This document shows, piece after piece, positions 18,279 through 27,900 of a stretch of 34,722 nt of DNA. Made by a program: the position numbers and the translations under genes. The notes below the pieces were generated by a model, which was not told the DNA's origin, did no database searches, and was given only the letters and a program-made list of their open reading frames with translations. The stretch lies in the IMG/VR virus record IMGVR_UViG_3300018050_002226; one strand, written 5' to 3'. Each line of letters begins with the position of its first letter. Positions within the stretch are counted from its first letter, which is position 1. The DNA is from a virus (taxonomy: Duplodnaviria > Heunggongvirae > Uroviricota > Caudoviricetes).

Positions 18279-19580
18279 TTATGTACAACTACTTTGTGCA
18301 GTTAGCACCCCTCCTGATTGGAAAGACACTGTACCGTCTTGAGCACAAATAGAAATATTATTCGGAATCGCTTGATTCAAATGTAATGTTCCATCACAAT
18401 CGTTCCAATCATAAAAAGCATCAATACCTGACAGATTTATCCATTGTGTACAAGTTATGGGTGAAGGTGTTGGAGTTTGAGTTGATGTTTCAGTTTGTGT
18501 TGGTGTTGCTGTAAGGGTTGGAGTTGTAGTTGGCGTTTGTGTTGGTGTCGCTGTAAGGGTTGTAGTTGTAGTTGGCGTTTGTGTTGGTGTCGCTGTAAGG
18601 GTTGTAGTTGTAGTTGGCGTTTGTGTTGGAGTCTGACTTGGTGTTTCGGTAGGTGTTGGTGAAGAACCTATAGTTGCTGTAGTTGAAGGTGTTGTCGTTT
18701 GAGTTGGTGTTTGTGTCTGCGTTTGTGTTTGAGTTGGTGTCTCTGTAGAAGTTTGAGTTGGTGTTTGAGTAGGTGTTTCAGTTGTTGTTGGTGTTAAACC
18801 TTCAGTCACACTCGGAGTTGGTGTTTGTGTAGAGGTTTGTGTGTTCGTTGGAGTTGAGGTCTTAGTTGGTGTATTAGTTGGTGTGGAAGTTGGTGTTTTT
18901 GTTGGTGAAGGAGTTGGATTTTCTTGACAAAGAACAAAATCTTCAATGATTCCCTGTGGGGAAATTAAAACCGCATAGGTTCCATTTATCCAACTCATCA
19001 AAATCCAATTGTTTCCACCGTTGTATTGATTGTACAAAACAGAATTGTAATACGTTGAGTATATTGTAACACCCAAGACAGGTTCAACTGTAGCATCGAC
19101 TGTATAGTTATAAAGTTTTTGTGTGGTAAGAACGTCTGCACAGGCATTTGAGGAGTCACAACCAACACTTTGTCCAATTTGGTGTTGAACAACATTATTT
19201 GTTGGTTCAACTGGAGGATACACAACGATTGTTGAGGTCGGTGTTTGTGTTGGGGTTCCTGTTTGAGAGGGTGTTTGTGAGTTTGAAGGTGTATTCGTTG
19301 GTGTAACCGTGGAAGTTCGTGTTGGTGAAACCGTTGGTGTTGGTGTCACCTGTCCTGTCGGTGTGGGTGTAATAGGAACTAATTCATAATATTCACATCC
19401 CTGTGTGTCCTCAATTTTAATAACGAAATTTTGCTCATCGTAGGGTGCTGGTACGTCAAAAACAAATGGGAATGTAGCCACACTAGAAACAAAAACGCAA
19501 GAAGCACTGAGTGAATCACAATAATATATGTTTACCGGGGTGTTTGCAGTTACTGATGTTATGGTTACTTGTTGGCTCAT
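18279..19580 (-). CDS. Thr/Pro-rich modular virion-type protein (start revised to MSQQ)
   Basis: Small Cys-containing domains separated by TP linkers; ATGA overlap with the upstream stop at 19577-19580. Confidence 0.75.
   Translation of the reverse strand: MSQQVTITSVTANTPVNIYYCDSLSASCVFVSSVATFPFVFDVPAPYDEQNFVIKIEDTQGCEYYELVPITPTPTGQVTPTPTVSPTRTSTVTPTNTPSNSQTPSQTGTPTQTPTSTIVVYPPVEPTNNVVQHQIGQSVGCDSSNACADVLTTQKLYNYTVDATVEPVLGVTIYSTYYNSVLYNQYNGGNNWILMSWINGTYAVLISPQGIIEDFVLCQENPTPSPTKTPTSTPTNTPTKTSTPTNTQTSTQTPTPSVTEGLTPTTTETPTQTPTQTSTETPTQTQTQTQTPTQTTTPSTTATIGSSPTPTETPSQTPTQTPTTTTTLTATPTQTPTTTTTLTATPTQTPTTTPTLTATPTQTETSTQTPTPSPITCTQWINLSGIDAFYDWNDCDGTLHLNQAIPNNISICAQDGTVSFQSGGVLTAQSSCT
18493..18629. 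repeat. Near-perfect 42-nt tandem repeat (~3.3 copies; TPTQTPTTTTTLTA)
   Basis: Unit GTTTGTGTTGGTGTCGCTGTAAGGGTTGTAGTTGTAGTTGGC; copies 2 and 3 identical, copy 1 differs at 2 nt. Confidence 0.9.
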
Positions 19581-19792
19581 AATGATTGGGTGGAAGTTAT
19601 AATACAACCTACAGCATCTACTATTTTTACCATATATGAAGTTGATGTATCATAAGGTGCGGGTATGTCAAATGTATAAGGTGTGGATGAAATCTGATTT
19701 ATATAAAAACATCCAGTACCATCCCCTTCACAGAGATATACATTGTAAGGTGACGTGCCAGTTATTGATGATATGGTTATTGTAAGTGCCAT
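19577..19792 (-). CDS. 71-aa stand-alone domain, paralog of the next gene's N-terminus
   Basis: TI.S.T...P.N.Y.C......C.......P..FD.PAPYD......KI.D..GC shared with MSQQ... Confidence 0.8.
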   Translation of the reverse strand: MALTITISSITGTSPYNVYLCEGDGTGCFYINQISSTPYTFDIPAPYDTSTSYMVKIVDAVGCIITSTQSL

Positions 19793-22700
19793 TTATCCTA
19801 TTTCTGAATTTTGTTCTACCGTTATAAGTAATATGTCTCCTCTATTTAATTCTCTCAAACACGGGTTTGATACACAGTTTATTTGTTCGAACAAACCTCC
19901 AATTTGAATTCCAAAGTTTTCGCTATTTCCCTCAATAAGTTGTGTTACTTGGCTTGCTAAAACTCCATTTATGTATGCTTTGACAACAACATTTGCTTTC
20001 GAGAAAAATCTTCCGTGTATTACTCCGACAGCTAGCTTGGATATCGAATATGGGTCTGAACCAATTAAGGTAATCAAATTGGATACAATTACACCATCGT
20101 TCAACACATCAGATGGTGGGTAGAACAATGTTCCATTATTTGGGTCAATTCCATCATAAAAAGAGACTCCAAAATTTGGACTATCGAATGTTGTTGTCGC
20201 CCCACTTGGAATATATCCCTCGAAGCTCGGTAAAACCTGAAGTTGAAGATTTATCTTTGTAGATGTTGTAAGGCACTCGTCACAAGTGTCTGATTGTAAT
20301 TCTCCCGCGGTACCGAAATAATTGTCTTGCCAAATCAAGTCAACGTAATTTGGATTTGGAACAATCGCTGTTGTAAATCCTTCATATGTCCAACACAAAC
20401 CATTGTCATCGGTGAATACTTTGGTTGGAAGAATTGGAACCGTTAATGATGAAGTTTGGAATAATCTATTAAACCTTATTGTACTTTCTTGATTAGGACA
20501 AAGGGTAAACACATAATACTTTTGCAAATTTGTTGGCGTTGGTGTCTGAGTATAAGACGGAGTTGGAGTATTTGAAGCCGTATTTGTCGGTGTTATTGAT
20601 GTAGTTGGGTCAGGGGTCAAACCTGGTGTTCTTGTAGTTGTTGTGGTCGGTGTTACTGTCGCAGTTTGGGTGGGTGTTGCAGTATTAGAAGGTGTTTGAG
20701 TTTGAGTAGGAGTAAGAGTTACTGTTGGTGTTGGGAAGACAACACAGCTCTGACAATCTGAATAAAGGTTAATAATAGAGGTTATTACAGAATTTGATGA
20801 AGTGTTAGAACGATTACCAATATATTCAACGCAAACATACTGTCCATTGATGATTGCATTCATTATTGTACCAGGTTCCACAACAAGACCGTTATATACC
20901 AATTGATTTAGTGCACAGAAATAGAAATCTGTTCCTTGAGTACATTCTTTTAGAATGGCCACCTCAGGACAAGAGATTGGTGAATCAAAAATTTCGAATG
21001 AGACTTTTCCACCCAGAGGTTCATAAACTCTTGAGCTAGTTGGTGTTGTAGTGTTAGTTGGTGTTGGTGTAGGTGTGGACTCATATAATTGGAATTCCAC
21101 GGCTTTTCCTGTACATGGATTTGTTGATGTAGGTGTTGGAGTCAATCCAAAACTGTTAAAATCAAAATCAACGTCATCACACGGTACTGACGGGCTAGGT
21201 GTTGGTATAGGTTCCCAATCACAATCGAAATATGCAACAAAGTCAATTGTGCAGGCAGATGGTGAAGGTGTAGGTGTAGGACAAACACCTGAAGTGAAGA
21301 AGTTTCCACTTACATCAGGACAGTTGGAATTACAAGGAGATGCGCCTCTTAACAAACAGGAGCCTCCAAGTGAATCACTCAAACACCAATAACTTTCAGT
21401 TGAAGAAGTAAAATAATAAATTACACCGGTGTTAATTCCATCACCTGAATATGTTAATTGAGTGTTGTAGATATATCCGTATTCTGTATAATTTCCACTA
21501 TAGTCTTCCAACTCAGGTAAAGTCGTTCTAAAACAGAAAGTAGAATATGTACATGCACTTGGTGTTGGTGAAGGTGTTGGAGTGTGAGTTGGCGTTTCTC
21601 TTGGCGTTACGGTTGGTGTTGGTGTTGGTATACATGCCGTATCTTCACAATCAAAATAACTTGGTGAACCAAGGTACGGACCACCAGGTCCATCAAATCT
21701 CACAAATTTCCAACAATCTCCTTGATAGAAATAAACACCGTATTGAAATGCCGTGTCTACATCCACCATGAAATAACTCAACAGACCATCCCTACATCTT
21801 GCAAGTTGTGCAGCCTTTCTATCAGTTCTTGGACAGTAAGTCGTATTACCACAGTAATCAATTTCAGTAAATGTAACTCCAGCAGAATTATAAAGGGGAC
21901 CTTCTGAAGTGTATGATACGACAGTGGCGCAACCTGAGAAATCCAAACTACCCTCAATCAAATAAACTGAATCAACAGGGAGATAAGGCATCGGACTACC
22001 CGCAAAACGGAATACAAAGTTCGAATCACACTCTCTAAATTGAATAACTAACTCAGGAGTCAACGTTTGGGTTGGTGTTTGGGTTTGGGTTGGCGTCTCA
22101 CTTGCAGTCTGAGTTGGAGTTTCTGTATTAGTTGGAGTTTGTGTTGGTGTCTCACTTGCAGTCTGTGTTGGGGTTTCAGTAGGTGTTTCGGAAGGAGTTT
22201 GTGTGGCTGTCTCTGTTGCTGTTGGAGTCTCTGTTGGAGTTTCTGTAGCTGTAGGTGTTAGGGTACTATTAGGTGTCGGAGTTTGTGTAGGCGTCTCGGT
22301 TTGCGTTGGAGTTTCAGTAGGTGTCTCACTCGCAGTCTGAGTTGGGGTTTCAGTAGGAGTCTCTGTTGGAGTTTCTGTTTGTGTTGGAGTTGGTGAATTA
22401 CCAGGTGTTGGAGTTTGAGTTGGTGTTTCTGTTTGCGTTGGAGTTTCAGTAGGTGTCTCGCTCGCAGTCTGAGTTGGGGTTTCCGTTGGGGTCTCACTTG
22501 CAGTTTGAGTTGGTGTTTCCGTAGGGGTTTCCGTTGGAGTTTGTGTAGGCGTGGAACCTATTGTTGCCGTAGTTGATGGAGTTGCAGTCTGAGTTGGAGT
22601 TTCAGTTGGAGTTTGTGTAGGTGTTTCAGTTTGTGTAGGCGTTTGAGTTGGAGTGTCGGTAGAGGTTTGCGTTGGTGTTTCAGTTTGTGTAGGTGTTTGA

Positions 22701-23614
22701 GTCGGAGTGTCATTAGAAGTCTGAGTAGGCGTCTCGGTGAATGTGGGTGTTTGAGTTGCAGTTTGTGTAGGGGTTTCCGTTGCAGTTTGTGTAGGTGTCT
22801 CAGTTGGAGTTACGGAAGGAGTTTGACTCGGTGTTTCAGTTTGTGTGGGTGTTTGGGTTTCGGTCGCCGTAGGTGTTAATCCAATTGTTGCAGTTGTTGA
22901 AGGTGTAGGAGTTTGAGATGGGGTTTCTGTTTGGGTGGGAGTTTCAGTTGGTGTTTCGCTTGAAGTTGGAGTCGGGGTCACATCAGCACAGACTTGGAAC
23001 TGAGAAGGTGTAATTCCTGAAATACCTAAACTAAGAGTACTTACATTGAAACTCGTACAAATCGAATCTGTTGGGCATGTGTCATATCCGTTTTGAACAT
23101 ATACAAAGAGATTAGTGCTGTTTCCAGCAAGGATTCCTGTATTATAATATACGGTTCCGTTGTAGTCAGGACAAGTGCTTGTTGAAGTGGCGGAAAATAC
23201 AACAGTTATGTTGGTAGGTGCAGGAATTTGATTTCCTCCCGGACTATCTAACAATTGAAGTTGTATTCTTCTTCTCGTATCAGTGTTTCCAATTCCACAA
23301 GGTGAGTTTATGGTATCATATACATCGTCGTCCCATACAATACAACCACCCCAAGTAGTAGGTGTTACAGTAGGTGTTGTAGTTTCTGTTGGAGTAGGAG
23401 TCACAGGACATGTCCCATAATCTACAGAGGTATCAACAAAAATACCAGTGTTAGTACCAGTATTTCCACTATACGTAACAGTGTAAAAATCTCCAGATAT
23501 TCCACTATATACAGCACCTACTGTGACTGTACCAGCAGTGGGAAAATTGTCCCATAACTCGTAGTTCAGACCATCTGTACAACTATCACCTGAAAATACC
23601 CAAAATCCTGCCAT
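19793..23614 (-). CDS. 1273-aa mucin-like modular virion-type protein
   Basis: ~310-aa TPTETPTQTA stalk (about 22070-22990) plus several Cys-rich modules joined by shorter TP linkers. Confidence 0.8.
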   Translation of the reverse strand: MAGFWVFSGDSCTDGLNYELWDNFPTAGTVTVGAVYSGISGDFYTVTYSGNTGTNTGIFVDTSVDYGTCPVTPTPTETTTPTVTPTTWGGCIVWDDDVYDTINSPCGIGNTDTRRRIQLQLLDSPGGNQIPAPTNITVVFSATSTSTCPDYNGTVYYNTGILAGNSTNLFVYVQNGYDTCPTDSICTSFNVSTLSLGISGITPSQFQVCADVTPTPTSSETPTETPTQTETPSQTPTPSTTATIGLTPTATETQTPTQTETPSQTPSVTPTETPTQTATETPTQTATQTPTFTETPTQTSNDTPTQTPTQTETPTQTSTDTPTQTPTQTETPTQTPTETPTQTATPSTTATIGSTPTQTPTETPTETPTQTASETPTETPTQTASETPTETPTQTETPTQTPTPGNSPTPTQTETPTETPTETPTQTASETPTETPTQTETPTQTPTPNSTLTPTATETPTETPTATETATQTPSETPTETPTQTASETPTQTPTNTETPTQTASETPTQTQTPTQTLTPELVIQFRECDSNFVFRFAGSPMPYLPVDSVYLIEGSLDFSGCATVVSYTSEGPLYNSAGVTFTEIDYCGNTTYCPRTDRKAAQLARCRDGLLSYFMVDVDTAFQYGVYFYQGDCWKFVRFDGPGGPYLGSPSYFDCEDTACIPTPTPTVTPRETPTHTPTPSPTPSACTYSTFCFRTTLPELEDYSGNYTEYGYIYNTQLTYSGDGINTGVIYYFTSSTESYWCLSDSLGGSCLLRGASPCNSNCPDVSGNFFTSGVCPTPTPSPSACTIDFVAYFDCDWEPIPTPSPSVPCDDVDFDFNSFGLTPTPTSTNPCTGKAVEFQLYESTPTPTPTNTTTPTSSRVYEPLGGKVSFEIFDSPISCPEVAILKECTQGTDFYFCALNQLVYNGLVVEPGTIMNAIINGQYVCVEYIGNRSNTSSNSVITSIINLYSDCQSCVVFPTPTVTLTPTQTQTPSNTATPTQTATVTPTTTTTRTPGLTPDPTTSITPTNTASNTPTPSYTQTPTPTNLQKYYVFTLCPNQESTIRFNRLFQTSSLTVPILPTKVFTDDNGLCWTYEGFTTAIVPNPNYVDLIWQDNYFGTAGELQSDTCDECLTTSTKINLQLQVLPSFEGYIPSGATTTFDSPNFGVSFYDGIDPNNGTLFYPPSDVLNDGVIVSNLITLIGSDPYSISKLAVGVIHGRFFSKANVVVKAYINGVLASQVTQLIEGNSENFGIQIGGLFEQINCVSNPCLRELNRGDILLITVEQNSEIG

Positions 23615-23633
23615 TATAAATTTGCTCTTACCT

Positions 23634-23641
23634 TATAAATA
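23634..23641 (-). promoter_or_regulatory. TAnTTATA motif (TATTTATA)
   Basis: 19 nt before ATG 23614; divergent from the copy at 23714-23721. Confidence 0.45.
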
Positions 23642-23713
23642 ACCCGTTCCAATGTTTTTATACACTTCAAAATATAATTTCTTAACTTGGTAAATAAAGG
23701 AAGGAATTGACAA

Positions 23714-23721
23714 TATTTATA
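23714..23721 (+). promoter_or_regulatory. TAnTTATA motif (TATTTATA)
   Basis: 4 nt before ATG 23726. Confidence 0.5.
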
Positions 23722-23725
23722 GGAT

Positions 23726-23905
23726 ATGAAACTTCTCAAAACAATAAAGAAGATAATACAAGAGGCTGAAGAACAATATAATTTGGCTTGTGAAACAAAT
23801 ACGCCCATCGAAGAATTGGATAGGTTGGAAAAACACTACAAGGATTCCTTGAAACTTCTTAGACTTTATAATGGGAAAGAAAAAACCAAAATTTCCAAAG
23901 ATTAA
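23726..23905 (+). CDS. 59-aa helical protein (below the ORF-track cutoff)
   Basis: MKLLKTIKKIIQEAEEQYNLACETNTPIEELDRLEKHYKDSLKLLRLYNGKEKTKISKD*; preceded by the shared promoter-like motif. Confidence 0.7.
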   Translation: MKLLKTIKKIIQEAEEQYNLACETNTPIEELDRLEKHYKDSLKLLRLYNGKEKTKISKD

Positions 23906-23975
23906 TTTATTACACAACTGATGTTTAATTTTCATAAATCAGTTCGGTCCATATAGATTTTGTTGTTATTTTAAT

Positions 23976-23983
23976 TATTTTTG
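23976..23983 (+). promoter_or_regulatory. Possible Bacteroidota -7 box TATTTTTG
   Basis: 5 nt before ATG 23989; low-complexity match. Confidence 0.35.
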
Positions 23984-23988
23984 AAGGG

Positions 23989-24933
23989 ATGAAAGAGGTA
24001 TGCTTAGATTTATCCCTTGCAAGAGGTTTAGGTGACACTATTTGTGCAACTCCATCTCTTAGAAAATTATATAATTCTTATGGGAAAAAGATTGCGGTAT
24101 TAACGGTTCATCCTGACGTTTTTAAAAATAGTCCATACGTTAGTGAACTGTATTTTACTGAAAATAGTAATAGAGATATTATTTCTGAAAATTACGAAGT
24201 TCTCACAAGTTTTTATCCGAACATTGAAAATAAGTTTGGAATAAGTTTAAGACACAATCAATTTGACATTAGACAATTCCATGCCTCAGGTTTAGGATTT
24301 CAACTCCTTCCCGAAGATATGGACATGGATTTTTTTCCTGATAAATTTATTACTATCGAAAATTTACCCGAAAGGTTTGTGGTAATTCATCCAGTACAAA
24401 CTTGGGCATCGAGAACTTGGTCAAAACAAAATTGGACACTTTTAACCAATATGTTGAACGATTCGGGAATTGGTGTAGTCTCGGTTGGAAAGGATTCAAG
24501 TGAAATTGGAAATTCAAATGTGCAAAAACCGGTTTTTGATTTCCCTATTGAACTAGGTTTAAATTTACTCAACAATGCTAATTTATCTCAGACTTGGTGG
24601 TTAATGGAAAAATCAGTTGGTGTTGTAACGATGGATTCGGGAATGCTTCATTTAGCTGGAACAACTGATGCCCATATCTTTCAATTAGGTAGTTCGGTAG
24701 ATTACAAACTCAGAGCACCCTTCAGGAATGGATTACAAAACTACAAATATGACTATATTTCAGGTGAATGCAAAATAGCTTGTGCTTCTGACATGAAATA
24801 TGGTGTAAAATATTGGGAGTCAGTAAGAGGGATTCCTTCTCTTGTTGGTTGTTTAGAAAATTATCAAACATTCCTTTGTCACCCTAATGTTTTACAGGTT
24901 TACAATAAAATAATGAATACAATAGAAAAATGA
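23989..24933 (+). CDS. Glycosyltransferase family 9 (heptosyltransferase-like)
   Basis: RGLGDTICATPSLRKL, FVVIHP, VVTMDSGMLHLAGT; C-terminal Cys cluster. Confidence 0.85.
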   Translation: MKEVCLDLSLARGLGDTICATPSLRKLYNSYGKKIAVLTVHPDVFKNSPYVSELYFTENSNRDIISENYEVLTSFYPNIENKFGISLRHNQFDIRQFHASGLGFQLLPEDMDMDFFPDKFITIENLPERFVVIHPVQTWASRTWSKQNWTLLTNMLNDSGIGVVSVGKDSSEIGNSNVQKPVFDFPIELGLNLLNNANLSQTWWLMEKSVGVVTMDSGMLHLAGTTDAHIFQLGSSVDYKLRAPFRNGLQNYKYDYISGECKIACASDMKYGVKYWESVRGIPSLVGCLENYQTFLCHPNVLQVYNKIMNTIEK

Positions 24934-27900
24934 AAAAACATTTTAATTTCATTGAAATTGGAACATCCGATTTTCACACCCTAATAGAACAATCAACTGA
25001 CAATACTGTTGGATTAAGTATTGAACCAATAGAATATTATTTGAACAGATTACCCAATAAAAAAAATGTAAAAAAAATTAATGCCGCAGTCTCTAATGAA
25101 AACGGAGAAATAGAAATTTATTTAATTGAACCTGAAGACATCATTAAGAATAACTTACCTATTTGGGTAAAAGGATGTAACTCAGTTAATAAACCTCACG
25201 AATTTACTAGAAACAAGTTGGGTCCTGATTTTTATGATAGTATCGTAAAAATTAAAAAAGTGCCAACAATCGACTGGAATACAATCATTAACGAAAATGA
25301 AGTAAAGAGTGTCGGTTACGTTAAAATTGACACTGAAGGTTATGACCACGTGATACTAAAAAATTATTTTGAATATTGTGAAAAAAACCCAAGTCTTTAC
25401 GCAAACAAGATTATGTTCGAATATAATGAGTCCTCAAACAAAGAGGAGCTTGAAAAACTAATAAAGAATTTACCCAATTACACAATTGAAAGATTGGAAG
25501 AGGATATTGTTTTACACAAAGTATCAGGTCTTTTTTACAAAGGTAAAAAAATTGCAGACAGAGGTTGTGTAATCAATTTACCCGAAAGAAATGATAGAAG
25601 GATTAATATTGAAAAAACATTAACAGAATTAAATTTCAGTGGTTTCGAATTTGTGGATGGTGTTGTAATGGAGAATGAAGAATACAAGAAATTAGGTTGT
25701 ACACAAGCATATATGAACATATTCCAAGATTTTCTTGATTCAGATATGCAAAATATTTTGATTTTTGAAGACGATTTGAAATTGATGGACGGAGTAACCG
25801 AAAAACAATTAGATAAGATATTTGATAATTGGCATGAATCGGTTGAAAGATACGATGTTTTAGCGCTTGGAATTAAACTACTCCCGAGAAGCAAAATATA
25901 CCCCAACTCAGAAACGGATGGTTCTTTTAAAGAAATGTTATGTTCCCAATCTCTTTTTTATAAAAGAAATTTTATAGAACATTATGTAGACCAAATGAAG
26001 AACTATCTTGACCCGAGCCATTACCTTTACAAATGTACCATTGATATGTTTTTGAATGATTCAACAAACTCTCAATTTAGATTCCGTCACGGAGCAGGTC
26101 ACAAAGTTTTTGATTTTGGAATTACAATCCCGATGATTTTTACTCAGACGTTAAGTTATTCTGATAATGAAAACAAAATTCAAAATTATGATTCCATAAT
26201 GAAAGATGTATTTTGGAAAAGTTTAGTTCATCAAAGAGGTTATGTCTATTTAGCAAATGAAAAATATTTCGATATTGTTCAAACTTCGGCTCGTTCTGTT
26301 AGAGAGTTTAGTAAGTATCCAATTTTTGTTTACATGTTGAACTCAGACAAAAAGGTAAATGTTGAAAATACAACGACAATTCGGTGGGATGTAAATTTAC
26401 CTAAATCCTCTGAACCGATGTATAACTCTGATGGTGAAAATTTTTATATCGATAGAAGTAATTCCACCATTTATAATATATTAATTCAACGAATTAACGC
26501 TGTTAAACACGCTCTTGAAAATTTTGTTCAAACCGCTGTTTATATCGATAGTGATTCTATCGCAACTCCATACATTGATTCCATTTTTGACATGTATAAT
26601 GAAGAAACCACATATCCTTTCTTTGTTGAAGGAATTTATGATTGGATGTTTCTCAATGGTAGAGGTGGTGCCGAGTCCATGGATGACCTTAGCAATACAT
26701 TAGAGGCCCCCGCTTGTGAATTATTCAACATTGACCAATATGTTAGACAAAAATATAGACAAACAGGGTATTTTGTTGCTGGTCAAAAATCCTTAGATTT
26801 CCTTGAGGAGTGGTATTGGTACTGTACTCATCCAAAAGTATTAAAAAATACTTCTTGGTACGCCGCGTACAATGAAGAAACAATTATGAATGTTCTGACT
26901 TACAAACATAAAATATTTGATGGTCTTCCATATATCTACGTGAACGGTGGTCCAGAGATTGTAGATAAAATGTATACAGAAGTAGAATTTTTAGGAGAAG
27001 ATGTAAGAAATCATTTAGGAAATTGGCTTCGAGCACCTGAATCCAAAGAAAAAATATTGTTTTTCCATGGTGAAAAAAGAATAGATAAAATGGAAAAAAT
27101 GATTGAGAAGATTAAGGGTTATTTTGAATATGATATTAAACCTCCGAAAAATTGGGGTGATATAATTTCTCATAAAGTTATTCAACATTTTTCAGGTCAA
27201 AAAATATATTCTTCAGATGTGTTTCATTTTGACCCAGACGCGAGAGTTCCTTTCTTGGAAGGAAAACTATTGGCCGCAGGAAGTATCCTTATGTATTCCC
27301 TACCAACAGATTATGTTTGGGGTTCGGGATGTATCAAAGAAAACGAAGTGGGTCTCCCACCAAAAAAATATTATGCTGTCAGAGGACCATTAACACGAAA
27401 TGAACTTTTGAAAGTAAACAGGGAATGTCCCGAAGTATATGGAGACCCTGGACTTTTGTTTCCAAGAATATACAACCCCGACATTGAGAAAAAATATAAG
27501 TATGGAGTAATTCCACACTACATAGATTTTAGACACCCAGAGACTTTAAAATGCCTTAAAAAGTTAAAGGAGATGGGAGCTAAAATAATTAACATTACGG
27601 CGGGTTTATATGAATTTGTTGACCAATTAAAAGAGGTTGAATTTGTAATCTCATCAAGTCTACACGGTCTTATAGCCGCAGATGCTTATGGAATTCCAAA
27701 CTCAAGAATATATTTTTCAAATAACATCAATGGCGGCGATTTCAAATACATGGACTATTATTATTCTGTTAATAGACATTATGAAACGCCAAAAACAATA
27801 ACTTACGAAAACGCAGAACAATTAATTAATGAACTCGTTTTCGATTTAGGGGATACAAGTATTGCGGATAAACTATTAGAATCCGCACCTTGGAATGACC

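Noticed and set aside
20854-22879. Short alternative ORFs over the 1273-aa gene
   Set aside because: Frame or antisense shadows of TP repeats; no independent signals.
23614-23935. Minus-strand 64-aa and 72-aa ORFs
   Set aside because: They overlap the better-supported plus-strand 59-aa gene and the promoter boxes, and look non-protein-like.
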